The notes under the pieces: model-generated
Databases searched by the model: none
What the model was told of the DNA's origin: nothing
What the model saw: only the letters and a program-made list of their open reading frames with translations
Shown here: positions 1 to 7,508 of the stretch, in pieces
Numbering within the stretch: position 1 is the first letter of the stretch
Layout: each line of letters begins with the position of its first letter
From: Nitrospiraceae bacterium
Lineage (GTDB): Bacteria; Nitrospirota; Nitrospiria; Nitrospirales; Nitrospiraceae
DNA length: 29,430 bases
Assembly (NCBI GenBank): GCA_041568895.1
Contig: JBFFYZ010000001.1
Location: forward strand, 1 to 29,430
Reading direction: 5' to 3'
Program-made: the position numbers and the translations under genes

Positions 1-468
1 CACGACGATGAGGTCCCGGTTCAGGTTGGCGGTGATCGTGCCGCGCACGATCGAGTGGGTCATGGAGATCGGCCCGGCAATCACCCGCAGGGTGGCGGGG
101 CCCCGTTCCCTGATCACCTCGTCGGACAGGGCGGAACGGCCTCCGAAGGACCCTACCTCGGTGACCGGCAACCGGTCCAGCAGCAAGTCGCCCTGTACCA
201 CCACGTTGTTGAGGTCAATGCTTTGGCCGGCTTTCAAGGCCGTGAGGAGATCCTCGGCGGGGACGGCCCGGGCCTCGCGTTCCTGGTCGGTACACCCTGT
301 GCTCAAATGCCGGACGAAGCGACCGGAGGGAGCGTCCGTGATGGACTCCATCACACAGCTTCCCTGGGCCGGCGGGACACCCGAAAGGAAGCCACCACAG
401 GCCAGCATCAGAACGGCTCGCAGGCAGAAGGAGGGGGGACACCACGGCCGCCGTGCGGTTGCGGTCAT
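1..468 (-). CDS. Partial hypothetical exported protein (runs off the window's left edge)
   Basis: Manual translation from ATG 468 is open to position 1: MTATARRPWCPPSFCLRAVLMLACGGFLSGVPPAQGSCVMESITD...DLNNVVVQGDLLLDRLP...ITANLNRDLIVV. Signal-peptide-like N-terminus. Absent from the ORF track because it has no stop in the window. Confidence 0.7.
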   Translation of the reverse strand, partial: MTATARRPWCPPSFCLRAVLMLACGGFLSGVPPAQGSCVMESITDAPSGRFVRHLSTGCTDQEREARAVPAEDLLTALKAGQSIDLNNVVVQGDLLLDRLPVTEVGSFGGRSALSDEVIRERGPATLRVIAGPISMTHSIVRGTITANLNRDLIVV

Positions 469-476
469 GGGCGACT

Positions 477-505
477 TATATACGGTCGGCAGTCGTAAAA
501 TGCAA
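477..505 (-). promoter_or_regulatory. Putative sigma70 promoter for the partial left-edge gene
   Basis: Minus strand TTGCAT-N17-TATATA, ending 8 nt before ATG 468. Confidence 0.45.
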
Positions 506-516
506 GGAAAGGGCCG

Positions 517-544
517 TTGCAATTTTCTCAAACTTTTCTACAAT
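517..544 (+). promoter_or_regulatory. Putative sigma70 promoter for the Lon-domain gene (divergent pair)
   Basis: TTGCAA(517-522)-N16-TACAAT(539-544); SD GGAGGTG at 564-570. Confidence 0.5.
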
Positions 545-575
545 ACCGCCTCGACTCCACGAGGGAGGTGAACCC

Positions 576-1235
576 ATGAAAAGCGGCGCGCTACGGATCC
601 TCCGCGCTCTCCTCATATTGGCCCTGTTGACCGCCTGGCTGGTGCCGGTTGCCCCGGCTGCCGCGGAGAACGTCGTTGAAGTCCCGGTGTTGGCCGCCTT
701 AAAAGCGAACAACAAAGGGGTCTTTGAGGTCATGCTGGTCTGGTGGGACCAAAAACCCGAGCCGATCCCCATTGCGCTCCGCTGGCTCGATGGCGGAGTC
801 ACACTCAAGCAATCCCACCTTGGCGCCATGGCAGACGCGTTTAACTTTGCCGTCGCCCACACGCCCGCGCAGCTCCATACCGGCACCGTGTCTGTCCAAG
901 GCGTAGCCTACCTCCCGACCAGTACCGACGGTCCCAGCGCCGGCGCGACAATGGCGGTAGGCTTCGTCGCGGTCCTCAAGGGGGAGAGCATTATCCGGGG
1001 AATCGCGTTGACCGGAACCATTCAACCAGACGGCCGGATCGGCCCCGTCGGCGCCATACCGGACAAGGTTCGGGCCGCCGCGAGGGAGGGCTATCGGACC
1101 GTTCTGATTCCGCAGGGACAGCTCCACAGCCCCGAATGGAACCTCGGCAGCCTGGCCCTGGAACTCAACATCACGGTCAAGGAGGTCGAGACGGTAGCAG
1201 AAGCGTATGAACTGATGACCGGGCGCCGAATGTGA
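576..1235 (+). CDS. Secreted stand-alone S16 (Lon C-terminal) Ser-Lys dyad peptidase
   Basis: Signal peptide MKSGALRILRALLILALLTAWLVPVAPAAA; DGPSAG motif; ALTGTI..DGRIGPVGAIPDK with Lys 43 residues after the Ser, as in E. coli Lon S679/K722; SD GGAGGTG. Confidence 0.85.
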   Translation: MKSGALRILRALLILALLTAWLVPVAPAAAENVVEVPVLAALKANNKGVFEVMLVWWDQKPEPIPIALRWLDGGVTLKQSHLGAMADAFNFAVAHTPAQLHTGTVSVQGVAYLPTSTDGPSAGATMAVGFVAVLKGESIIRGIALTGTIQPDGRIGPVGAIPDKVRAAAREGYRTVLIPQGQLHSPEWNLGSLALELNITVKEVETVAEAYELMTGRRM

Positions 1236-1267
1236 CGCGCAGGCGTTGCTACGTGAGCAGTCGAGCG

Positions 1268-1735
1268 TCAGGAGGTGGGGGTCCGCTTCTGGGCGTTCAG
1301 TGTCTGAAGAATGGCCGCGTACTGGTCCTGCGTCAGCCGGTGCATTCCTAAATTCAACCGTCGCATCAACTCCCTGCGGTCCGGCACCTCCAATACCGTT
1401 TCGAGTAACGCCAAACTGTGTTCGGGGGTGGACTCCCAGGTTCCTGTCGGTTTAATCCGAACGAATCCAAACTTCGTTTCAGCCTTTAATTCATCACGAA
1501 CGAAGGAGTCGAGCGCGTCGGGTTCCATGACATCCGAGGTGATGGAAAAATGGGCGCAGATCCCGACTTTCAACACGTACACAAGCCCGCAACTCTGCGG
1601 GGCCAGAAACTTCTTCAAGTTGTCCCGGATCAGCGCCGAGCGAAGTCCCCAGAGCTCCTGGCCCAGTTGCAATTGAGCACTCTCCAGGGAGTTGCGCTCC
1701 GTCAGGGCCCCCACCACAAAAAGAAAATGGCTCAT
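1268..1735 (-). CDS. EVE/PUA-like domain protein
   Basis: 155 aa. Layout (N-terminal strand, WGLR, central strands, C-terminal GMHRLTQDQYAAI) resembles EVE domains by eye. Low codon-shadow character. Confidence 0.55.
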   Translation of the reverse strand: MSHFLFVVGALTERNSLESAQLQLGQELWGLRSALIRDNLKKFLAPQSCGLVYVLKVGICAHFSITSDVMEPDALDSFVRDELKAETKFGFVRIKPTGTWESTPEHSLALLETVLEVPDRRELMRRLNLGMHRLTQDQYAAILQTLNAQKRTPTS

Positions 1736-1744
1736 GGCTCATGG
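1729..1744. repeat. Exact heptamer tandem duplication at the EVE start codon
   Basis: Forward GGCTCAT-GGCTCAT-GG, i.e. minus strand CC-ATGAGCC-ATGAGCC. Confidence 0.6.
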
Positions 1745-1772
1745 AGGTCCCAAGCGAAGAGGCGAGCACCGA

Positions 1773-2237
1773 TCAGGGACGGGCAAAGTCATCCTCGTCA
1801 TCATCGAGCTCTTCCGGCTTATCGAGAAAATCGGCGTCGGTTTCGTCATCATCCAGCGCCATGTCCTCAGCCATCTCATCCTCTTCCGGCAGGTCTTCGG
1901 GCAGCGCGATATCCTCCTCCATCTCCTCCGGCGCCAGGTCGACGTCGCCGACCCTGGACGGGCGCGTATCGCCCGGTCGAGCCTTCTTGGCCTCCATGGG
2001 TGCGCCCGCCTTTTTGGCCGCCGGGGCCTTACGGGGAGAAGCTGTGGCCCGGCCCGCCTTCTTCATGCCCTTCACCTTCCGCTTTGCCGATTTCGACCGG
2101 GAGGGTTTCCGCGCCTTGGTGGATTTCTTTTTCGAGCCCTTTTTCATTTTTCGCTTAGCCGATTTTTTCCCCTTGGCCTTGCGTTTGGCGGCCGACCGCC
2201 CGGCTCGTTTCGTCGCTTTCTTGCGTTTTTTCGCCAT
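1773..2237 (-). CDS. Low-complexity protein with Lys/Arg/Ala-rich (histone H1-like) N-terminus and Asp/Glu-rich C-terminus
   Basis: MAKKRKKATKRAGRSAAKRKAKGKK... then ...PEEMEEDIALPEDLPEEDEMAEDMALDDDETDADFLDKPEELDDDEDDF; strong SD GGAGAGGAGGGGAGG upstream. Confidence 0.8.
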   Translation of the reverse strand: MAKKRKKATKRAGRSAAKRKAKGKKSAKRKMKKGSKKKSTKARKPSRSKSAKRKVKGMKKAGRATASPRKAPAAKKAGAPMEAKKARPGDTRPSRVGDVDLAPEEMEEDIALPEDLPEEDEMAEDMALDDDETDADFLDKPEELDDDEDDFARP

Positions 2238-2370
2238 CGTCCTCCCCTCCTCTCCAGCGTTGACGCACGAATCCCGGCGCTACGTGCCCCTGGCGCTTCC
2301 TCTAGCATGAATCGATTAGGACTTGCAACCGCCCTCGCCCTTGGACCGACGCCGCCATGGGTCGGGGCAT

Positions 2371-3375
2371 TTAAGGTTCCACCCACACATTGATGAAGGC
2401 CGGCAGGCTATCCGCCCCCTTGACCGTATCCGGCCCCTTCATGTCGGTGACACGCAATTTAAATTGTAACAGGCGTTTCCCCGAGACCTTCGGGGCGACA
2501 AAGGTGGCCCGGACCGTATTCTGGTCGAGCAACGAGACTTTGATGCCCCGGACCTGGGTCCATTCGTAGCGGAGCGGGTCGCCGTCGGGATCCAGGCTCT
2601 GCAGGGCGCTGAGGACGACCCTTGATCCGGTTTTGACGGTGGCATCCGGTCCCGCATCGGCGGTGGGAGGATGATTCGGCTCGACCTCCGCCTTGACTAC
2701 CACCTGGAGGGTACCCTGCTTCCCGCGATTCACGACCGTCAGGAAGGCTTTGCCGTTGCCCATGACCCGGACGAACCCATCAGGGAACACGTGAAGCACG
2801 TCTTCGTCCGAGGACCGATACGTGCTTCCCGCTGTGGCCCCGTTCAGCCGCCGCACCACTCCATCGGAAAACTGGCCGACGACCGGTATGTCCAGGATTT
2901 TTCCCAGCGTGTCCAGACGCCAAGGCTTCACGGCCTCGAATTCAATCCGCAGCAGATCGGCCTGAGGGTCCACTTGCACGAGAATTTCGTCAAATTCTTC
3001 CTCTTGCTGACCTAACCGACCCTTCACGATTTGGCCGATGGCGAGCAAGCGCATGCGGCCCATGGCTTGCACGGGAACCGTCAGCAGGCCCCCGTACGGG
3101 GGTGTAGCCGACGATGAGGCCACAAGAGCGGGCTCAGCCTGCTGCCTGCCAAGTGGCTCCTCTCCCTGTCGGTACCAGTAGTACTCCACCTGCCTCACGC
3201 CTGCCTGATCCCCAATGTCCACCCTCACCTCAACCTGCTGCCCTGAACGCAGGGTCGCCCCCTCCTGCGGTGCAGTCATGTTCAACGCCTGGGTTCCACG
3301 AGGGCACAACAGGACCCCCACCAGGACGAGGAGGCTGAGGCATACTGGTCGATGTCTTGATACCATTACTATCAT
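2371..3375 (-). CDS. Exported Ig-like/PKD (REJ/K319-like) domain protein
   Basis: Signal peptide (RHRPVCLSLLVLVGVLLCPRGTQA); C-terminal NHPPTADAGPD...SLDPDGDPLRYEWTQ...ATFVAP...FKLRVTD motif. Start is ambiguous (ATG at 3390, 3375 or 3366). Confidence 0.8.
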   Translation of the reverse strand: MIVMVSRHRPVCLSLLVLVGVLLCPRGTQALNMTAPQEGATLRSGQQVEVRVDIGDQAGVRQVEYYWYRQGEEPLGRQQAEPALVASSSATPPYGGLLTVPVQAMGRMRLLAIGQIVKGRLGQQEEEFDEILVQVDPQADLLRIEFEAVKPWRLDTLGKILDIPVVGQFSDGVVRRLNGATAGSTYRSSDEDVLHVFPDGFVRVMGNGKAFLTVVNRGKQGTLQVVVKAEVEPNHPPTADAGPDATVKTGSRVVLSALQSLDPDGDPLRYEWTQVRGIKVSLLDQNTVRATFVAPKVSGKRLLQFKLRVTDMKGPDTVKGADSLPAFINVWVEP

Positions 3376-3643
3376 CCGGTACCACGTCATTGGCTGACTC
3401 CGAAACAGGGGCCCTGAGACAGCGGTCTCTTTCCGGGACCGCACGTTGGCCGGGGAGTATACCAAGGGCTCTCCAATGGTTCTACCAAAAGGACAGTCTT
3501 CCACTTCGGGCAGATCCAGCTGCGCCACCGAGGCTGCCCGTCTCTCTCTTGAGGGCCCCGGTCGAGAATGTACGGCCCACAGCTGCAGGCACTAGAGGGA
3601 ATTCCAATGGATCCTTCGAAGACAATAATAAAAAAATTCTTAA

Positions 3644-3656
3644 AATCAAAAGGTTG
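3644..3656 (+). promoter_or_regulatory. IHF-consensus site in the divergent promoter region
   Basis: AATCAAAAGGTTG matches WATCAANNNNTTR exactly and follows an A/T tract (3624-3643). Confidence 0.5.
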
Positions 3657-3675
3657 CAGAATCTCTGTCAAGGTG

Positions 3676-3704
3676 TTGTTGAGGGGCCAAATCCTTGATA
3701 AAGT
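3676..3704 (+). promoter_or_regulatory. Putative sigma70 promoter (extended -10) for the cupredoxin cluster
   Basis: TTGTTG(3676-81)-N17-TAAAGT(3699-3704) with TGn extension; ATG at 3711. Confidence 0.45.
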
Positions 3705-3710
3705 ATACGT

Positions 3711-4154
3711 ATGGTCGACCGGAAAAATGCTTTGAAAGCGATTCAGCTTCCCAGTGATTCGAGGCCCAAACAGTCCTCTTTCGTGGCCCGCCTGGCCCTG
3801 GCCATCCTGGCAGGTGGGGTGGTGCTGTGGGGCTGGTCCGGTGAGGCGTCCCCGCCTTCTTTCCGGATCATCATGGAAAGCCGGTCACCCTACTACGAGC
3901 CTCCGCTGGCCCGGGTGAAAACGGGGTTCCCTATTCGATGGGAAAATCCAACGGCCACCGTCCATACCGTGACCCATGAGGACTGTCTGTTCGGGGTAAC
4001 CTGCATGTTTGACTCCGGATCCGTGGCCCCTGGGGCCAGCTATACGCTGCCCGGCCTTCCGCCGGGACAATATCCCTACCAATGTCGGCTGCACCCGATC
4101 ATGCGGGGCGTCATCACGGTGGAAGAGGCCGCGACGCTTCCTTCCGAGACCTAG
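3711..4154 (+). CDS. Cupredoxin (plastocyanin/azurin-like type-1 copper protein) with N-terminal signal/anchor
   Basis: H85 (VHTVT) and C125-x2-H128-x2-M131 (YQCRLHPIMRG); hydrophobic segment at residues 28-42. Confidence 0.9.
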   Translation: MVDRKNALKAIQLPSDSRPKQSSFVARLALAILAGGVVLWGWSGEASPPSFRIIMESRSPYYEPPLARVKTGFPIRWENPTATVHTVTHEDCLFGVTCMFDSGSVAPGASYTLPGLPPGQYPYQCRLHPIMRGVITVEEAATLPSET

Positions 4155-4259
4155 TCGTCCGCACCACGCATGTGCCTCCGAACCGTCCGCTCGCCTTCTC
4201 ACTAGCTCCGACCTAACCCAGCTTGCCTCATCCCAGTTCCTTCGTGTACCCTTTGCTCC

Positions 4260-4952
4260 ATGCTGAACCACCTCATGGACGAGCTTCAGCGGCATCCCGT
4301 CAATGCCAATCCCTTTTTCCTGGCGTTTCGGGAGCGGCCCCTCAGCCCAGAGCAATTGCAGGTCTTTATGAGGCAATACCACTACTTCTGCAAACATTTC
4401 GTCAAGGCGCTGGAAGGCCTCCTGTACCACACGCCGGTGGACCAGATGGAAATGCGCATCGAGCTGGCGAAGACGCTCCATTCCGAGTTGGGAGGAGGCG
4501 TGGCGGAACGGGCCCACATCACCCTGCTCGAACGCTTTTGCGGGATGGCGGGCTTATCCCGGGCGGAGCTCGGACGGACGGTACCGCTCCCGGAGGTGGA
4601 TGCCTATCTGACCCTGCTGCACACCCTGTTCGTGGAATCCCATTATCTGGTGGCTCTTGGCGCGGAGCTGGCCGTGGAGGTCACCGCGGGTTCCGAATTT
4701 CAATACCTGTATCCCGGGCTGAAGCAATACCCCGCCTTTCAGGAACAGGACCTGGAATTTTTCAAGCTTCATCTGACCGAGGAGCCATGCCACAGCGCAT
4801 GGCTTCTGGAAGCGGTGCAGCGGACGGCGCACACGGAGGAGGAGCAGGCCTTGGTACAAGCCGGCGCCCGGGAAACGGCCGACGGCTGGCTCCGCTTTTG
4901 GGACGGCCTGTATCGGGCAGTATTCCCGGCGGAGGTGCCCGCCTCGGCATAA
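4260..4952 (+). CDS. Heme-oxygenase-like (TenA/PqqC/CADD superfamily) iron-containing redox enzyme
   Basis: Putative diiron ligand set E76, H86, E140, H171, E175, H178, paralleling CADD E81/H88/E142/H174/D178/H181; N-terminal HP...PF..F..L...QL..F..QY pattern. Confidence 0.85.
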   Translation: MLNHLMDELQRHPVNANPFFLAFRERPLSPEQLQVFMRQYHYFCKHFVKALEGLLYHTPVDQMEMRIELAKTLHSELGGGVAERAHITLLERFCGMAGLSRAELGRTVPLPEVDAYLTLLHTLFVESHYLVALGAELAVEVTAGSEFQYLYPGLKQYPAFQEQDLEFFKLHLTEEPCHSAWLLEAVQRTAHTEEEQALVQAGARETADGWLRFWDGLYRAVFPAEVPASA

Positions 4953-5009
4953 CCTCCAGCCCTCCCGGGCGAAACGGAGGCGCAGGGAACGATCGGTGAC
5001 GGAGACGTG

Positions 5010-6494
5010 ATGGAACGAACCGCAGCTCCCCACGAGTTACTGGACTTGACCGAGGACGTGCTCCGGCTGCGCGCCTGGAAAATGCCGGACATGGTCGTGT
5101 ATCAACAGACGACGGACGAATGGTGGTTGGCGCCGCTCGACAACGACTTACCCTTGATCCGCCTAAACCGGGTGGGCATCGACCTGCTCATGGCCCTGGA
5201 CGGGAACGTCACCGTGGAATGGCTCCTGGAGAAATTCGGGAAACGGGTCTGCGGGCCCGATGGAGAGACCGGCCGGTGGCATCTGGAACGCTGGGCCCTG
5301 CCCCGGTATTCCCTCTGCTACTACGGATCCGAACCAACCACGGGAGGACGGCACGGCGCCCAATGGGATCTCCTCCTGCAGCAGGTCCGGGAGCGGTGGT
5401 CCGGCCAGGAAGGGTTCGAAGGGGAAGAGCACCTGTCGGAGTTCCACCGGCATGACATCACCAAACAGGACGGCCACTTTGACAATATCGAAACCACGGT
5501 GTCCCACCTGTTTCGCGAACCGAGCGCGGCCCTTCAAGGGCTGACCTACGGTCGCCTGCTGGCGCGGCACCTCCGCCGGTTAGGGTGGTTGTCTCCCAAG
5601 CCCAAGACCATTCTCGAGGTGGGCGCCGGACTGGGGTACGTCTCCCGCGACCTCGGGCTGGAGCTCAGCCCGCAGGAGCGGCAGGGCATCAGCTATCTCT
5701 ATCTGGACATCACCAGGCCGTTCCTGGATTCCCAGCTCGCCCGTGGGCAAGAAGGCGGGTGGCAGTGCGGGGCCCTCCAGGGCAACGCCGAGCGGTTGCC
5801 GTTCCGGGACGCCAGCGTGGACCTCGTCATCGACAACGAGAATCTGGCGGATCTGACTCCGGTGCAGCTGAGCCCCGGGGAGGTGCATAACCGCCAAGGC
5901 CGAACGCCGCTACACCAGGAGGCGGTGGACTGGATGCACCGGTTGCGATTGCCCCTGGATCAGACCCTCCCCGACGAATTCATCTTCAACCTGGGTCCGA
6001 TCCGGTTTCTGGCGGAGCTGTGGCGGGTCCTCCGGCCCGGCGGCCGGGCCATCCTGATCGAGTTCGGCATCGAAAGCGGGTGGCCGGCACCCGTGAAACT
6101 GCCGGGCCATACCGAATACGAGGTCCAGTACAGCCATCTCCGCCACACGGCGCGCTGGCTGGGATTTCAGGAGCAGTATTTCGCGCTGCCTCAATTTTTG
6201 GTCATCCGGCCGGATACCCGCCTCCTCTGCACCGGCGCGGTCTATACGATCCAGCGGTTTTGCGAAGGCGAAGGTAAACCCTTCGCGGTGCGGGCCTATA
6301 CCGAAGCCGAGTTGGATCAGGCGTTGGGCGGCATGCTGCCCAAACTGCTCGGCTGCCACTACCATGACATCATTGATCCGGCCTGGTTCGGCCTGTGGGA
6401 CTTCAAGGTGCTGCTGGTGGAAAAGCCGGGGGGAGCCACCCTCCCCGCCTTCCGTGAGGCGAAAGGCTTCCGCTGGTACGCCCAGGGCCGGTGA
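5010..6494 (+). CDS. Class I SAM-dependent methyltransferase with N-terminal PqqD/RRE-like domain
   Basis: Motif I ILEVGAGLG; NAERLPFRDASVDLVI; VLRPGGRAILIE; N-terminal LIRLNRVGIDLLMALDGNVTVEWLLEKF. GTG 5007/ATG 5010 with SD GGAG at 5001. Confidence 0.85.
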   Translation: MERTAAPHELLDLTEDVLRLRAWKMPDMVVYQQTTDEWWLAPLDNDLPLIRLNRVGIDLLMALDGNVTVEWLLEKFGKRVCGPDGETGRWHLERWALPRYSLCYYGSEPTTGGRHGAQWDLLLQQVRERWSGQEGFEGEEHLSEFHRHDITKQDGHFDNIETTVSHLFREPSAALQGLTYGRLLARHLRRLGWLSPKPKTILEVGAGLGYVSRDLGLELSPQERQGISYLYLDITRPFLDSQLARGQEGGWQCGALQGNAERLPFRDASVDLVIDNENLADLTPVQLSPGEVHNRQGRTPLHQEAVDWMHRLRLPLDQTLPDEFIFNLGPIRFLAELWRVLRPGGRAILIEFGIESGWPAPVKLPGHTEYEVQYSHLRHTARWLGFQEQYFALPQFLVIRPDTRLLCTGAVYTIQRFCEGEGKPFAVRAYTEAELDQALGGMLPKLLGCHYHDIIDPAWFGLWDFKVLLVEKPGGATLPAFREAKGFRWYAQGR

Positions 6495-6535
6495 GGAGTA
6501 AAGGATTCCGCGGGTGGGCCTCGGGGCATCCCCCG

Positions 6536-7501
6536 TCAGCGAGGAACAGCGCGATGCCGGCGGGCGAGGTGGATCAAGAGCCCTTCGCGGAGGCCGAGGT
6601 CGCTCACGAGGCAGTCGCGAAACCCGAAGCCGTTCATCACGCCCAGCAGAATTAACGTCCCTCCCACGATGAGATCCTCCCGGTCGGGCTCCAACCCCGG
6701 GATGGCTCGCCGCTCGGCACTGGTCCGCGACAGCAGCGCATCTTCCAGCGTGCGGACGGCGTCCAATGTCAGCCGATAATGGTGGATCCGGGCTTTATCA
6801 TAGATTTCCAGCCGGAGGTCCATGGCCGCCAGGGTGGTAATGGTGCCGGCGGTCCCGACCAGACTCGTCCCATGAACGTCTCCGACCACCGTTCGGGCTT
6901 TCTCGAGTTGGGTCCGAATGAAGGTCCGCGCAGCTTCCAATTCCTCTCTGGTGGGAGGGTCGTTGCGGAGCAGCCGTTCCGTCAATCGGACCACTCCCAG
7001 CTCAAGGGACAGGACCACCGGCTGGGACCCCTTCCGGCCCAGGATGAACTCCGTGCTGCCGCCGCCGATATCCAGCCCCAGCACATCGGAGACGCCGCGC
7101 GGTAAACCGGATCGAATGCCCAGCAGGGTCCGGCGAGCCTCTTCATCGCCGGTGAGGACCTCCACCTCGAAGCCGGTCCCGCGCCGAATTTGGTCGAGAA
7201 AGGCGTCCCGGTTGGCCGCGTCCCGAACCGCACTGGTGGCCACCACCGACACCGCCTCCGGCTTGAAATCTTGGATCACCCGACGCCATTCGCGCAGAGT
7301 GTCCAGGACCCGGGACATGGCGGAGTCCTTGAGGCGTCCCTGCCCGTCCACCCCTTCGCCGAGCCGCAGGATTCGGCGTTCGCCGTGCAATTCCTCCAGC
7401 TGTTCGTCCGCAGACACCCTGCCGACCAGCAACCGACAGGTCAGTGTGCCGATGTCAATTCCCGCCAGCACCGGCCCCTTGGTGCCCTGGTCTCGTCCCA
7501 T
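6536..7501 (-). CDS. Ppx/GppA family phosphatase (short form)
   Basis: AGIDIGTLTCRL, VATSAVRDAAN, GDEEA, LDIGGGSTE, LGVVRLTE, GLREG motifs; start placed at ATG 7501. Confidence 0.92.
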   Translation of the reverse strand: MGRDQGTKGPVLAGIDIGTLTCRLLVGRVSADEQLEELHGERRILRLGEGVDGQGRLKDSAMSRVLDTLREWRRVIQDFKPEAVSVVATSAVRDAANRDAFLDQIRRGTGFEVEVLTGDEEARRTLLGIRSGLPRGVSDVLGLDIGGGSTEFILGRKGSQPVVLSLELGVVRLTERLLRNDPPTREELEAARTFIRTQLEKARTVVGDVHGTSLVGTAGTITTLAAMDLRLEIYDKARIHHYRLTLDAVRTLEDALLSRTSAERRAIPGLEPDREDLIVGGTLILLGVMNGFGFRDCLVSDLGLREGLLIHLARRHRAVPR

Positions 7502-7508
7502 CTCCGGG

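Noticed and set aside
1741-2310. 189-aa Ser/Phe-rich plus-strand ORF
   Set aside because: Antisense mirror of the Lys/Glu/Asp-rich gene; the minus-strand ORF has the strong SD
3400-3710. Sigma54 promoter accompanying the IHF site
   Set aside because: No GG-N10-GC element with correct flanks found on either strand
4170-4205. 11-aa ORF MCLRTVRSPSH between cupredoxin and HDO as a possible RiPP precursor
   Set aside because: No SD, too short for leader plus core, no distinguishing composition
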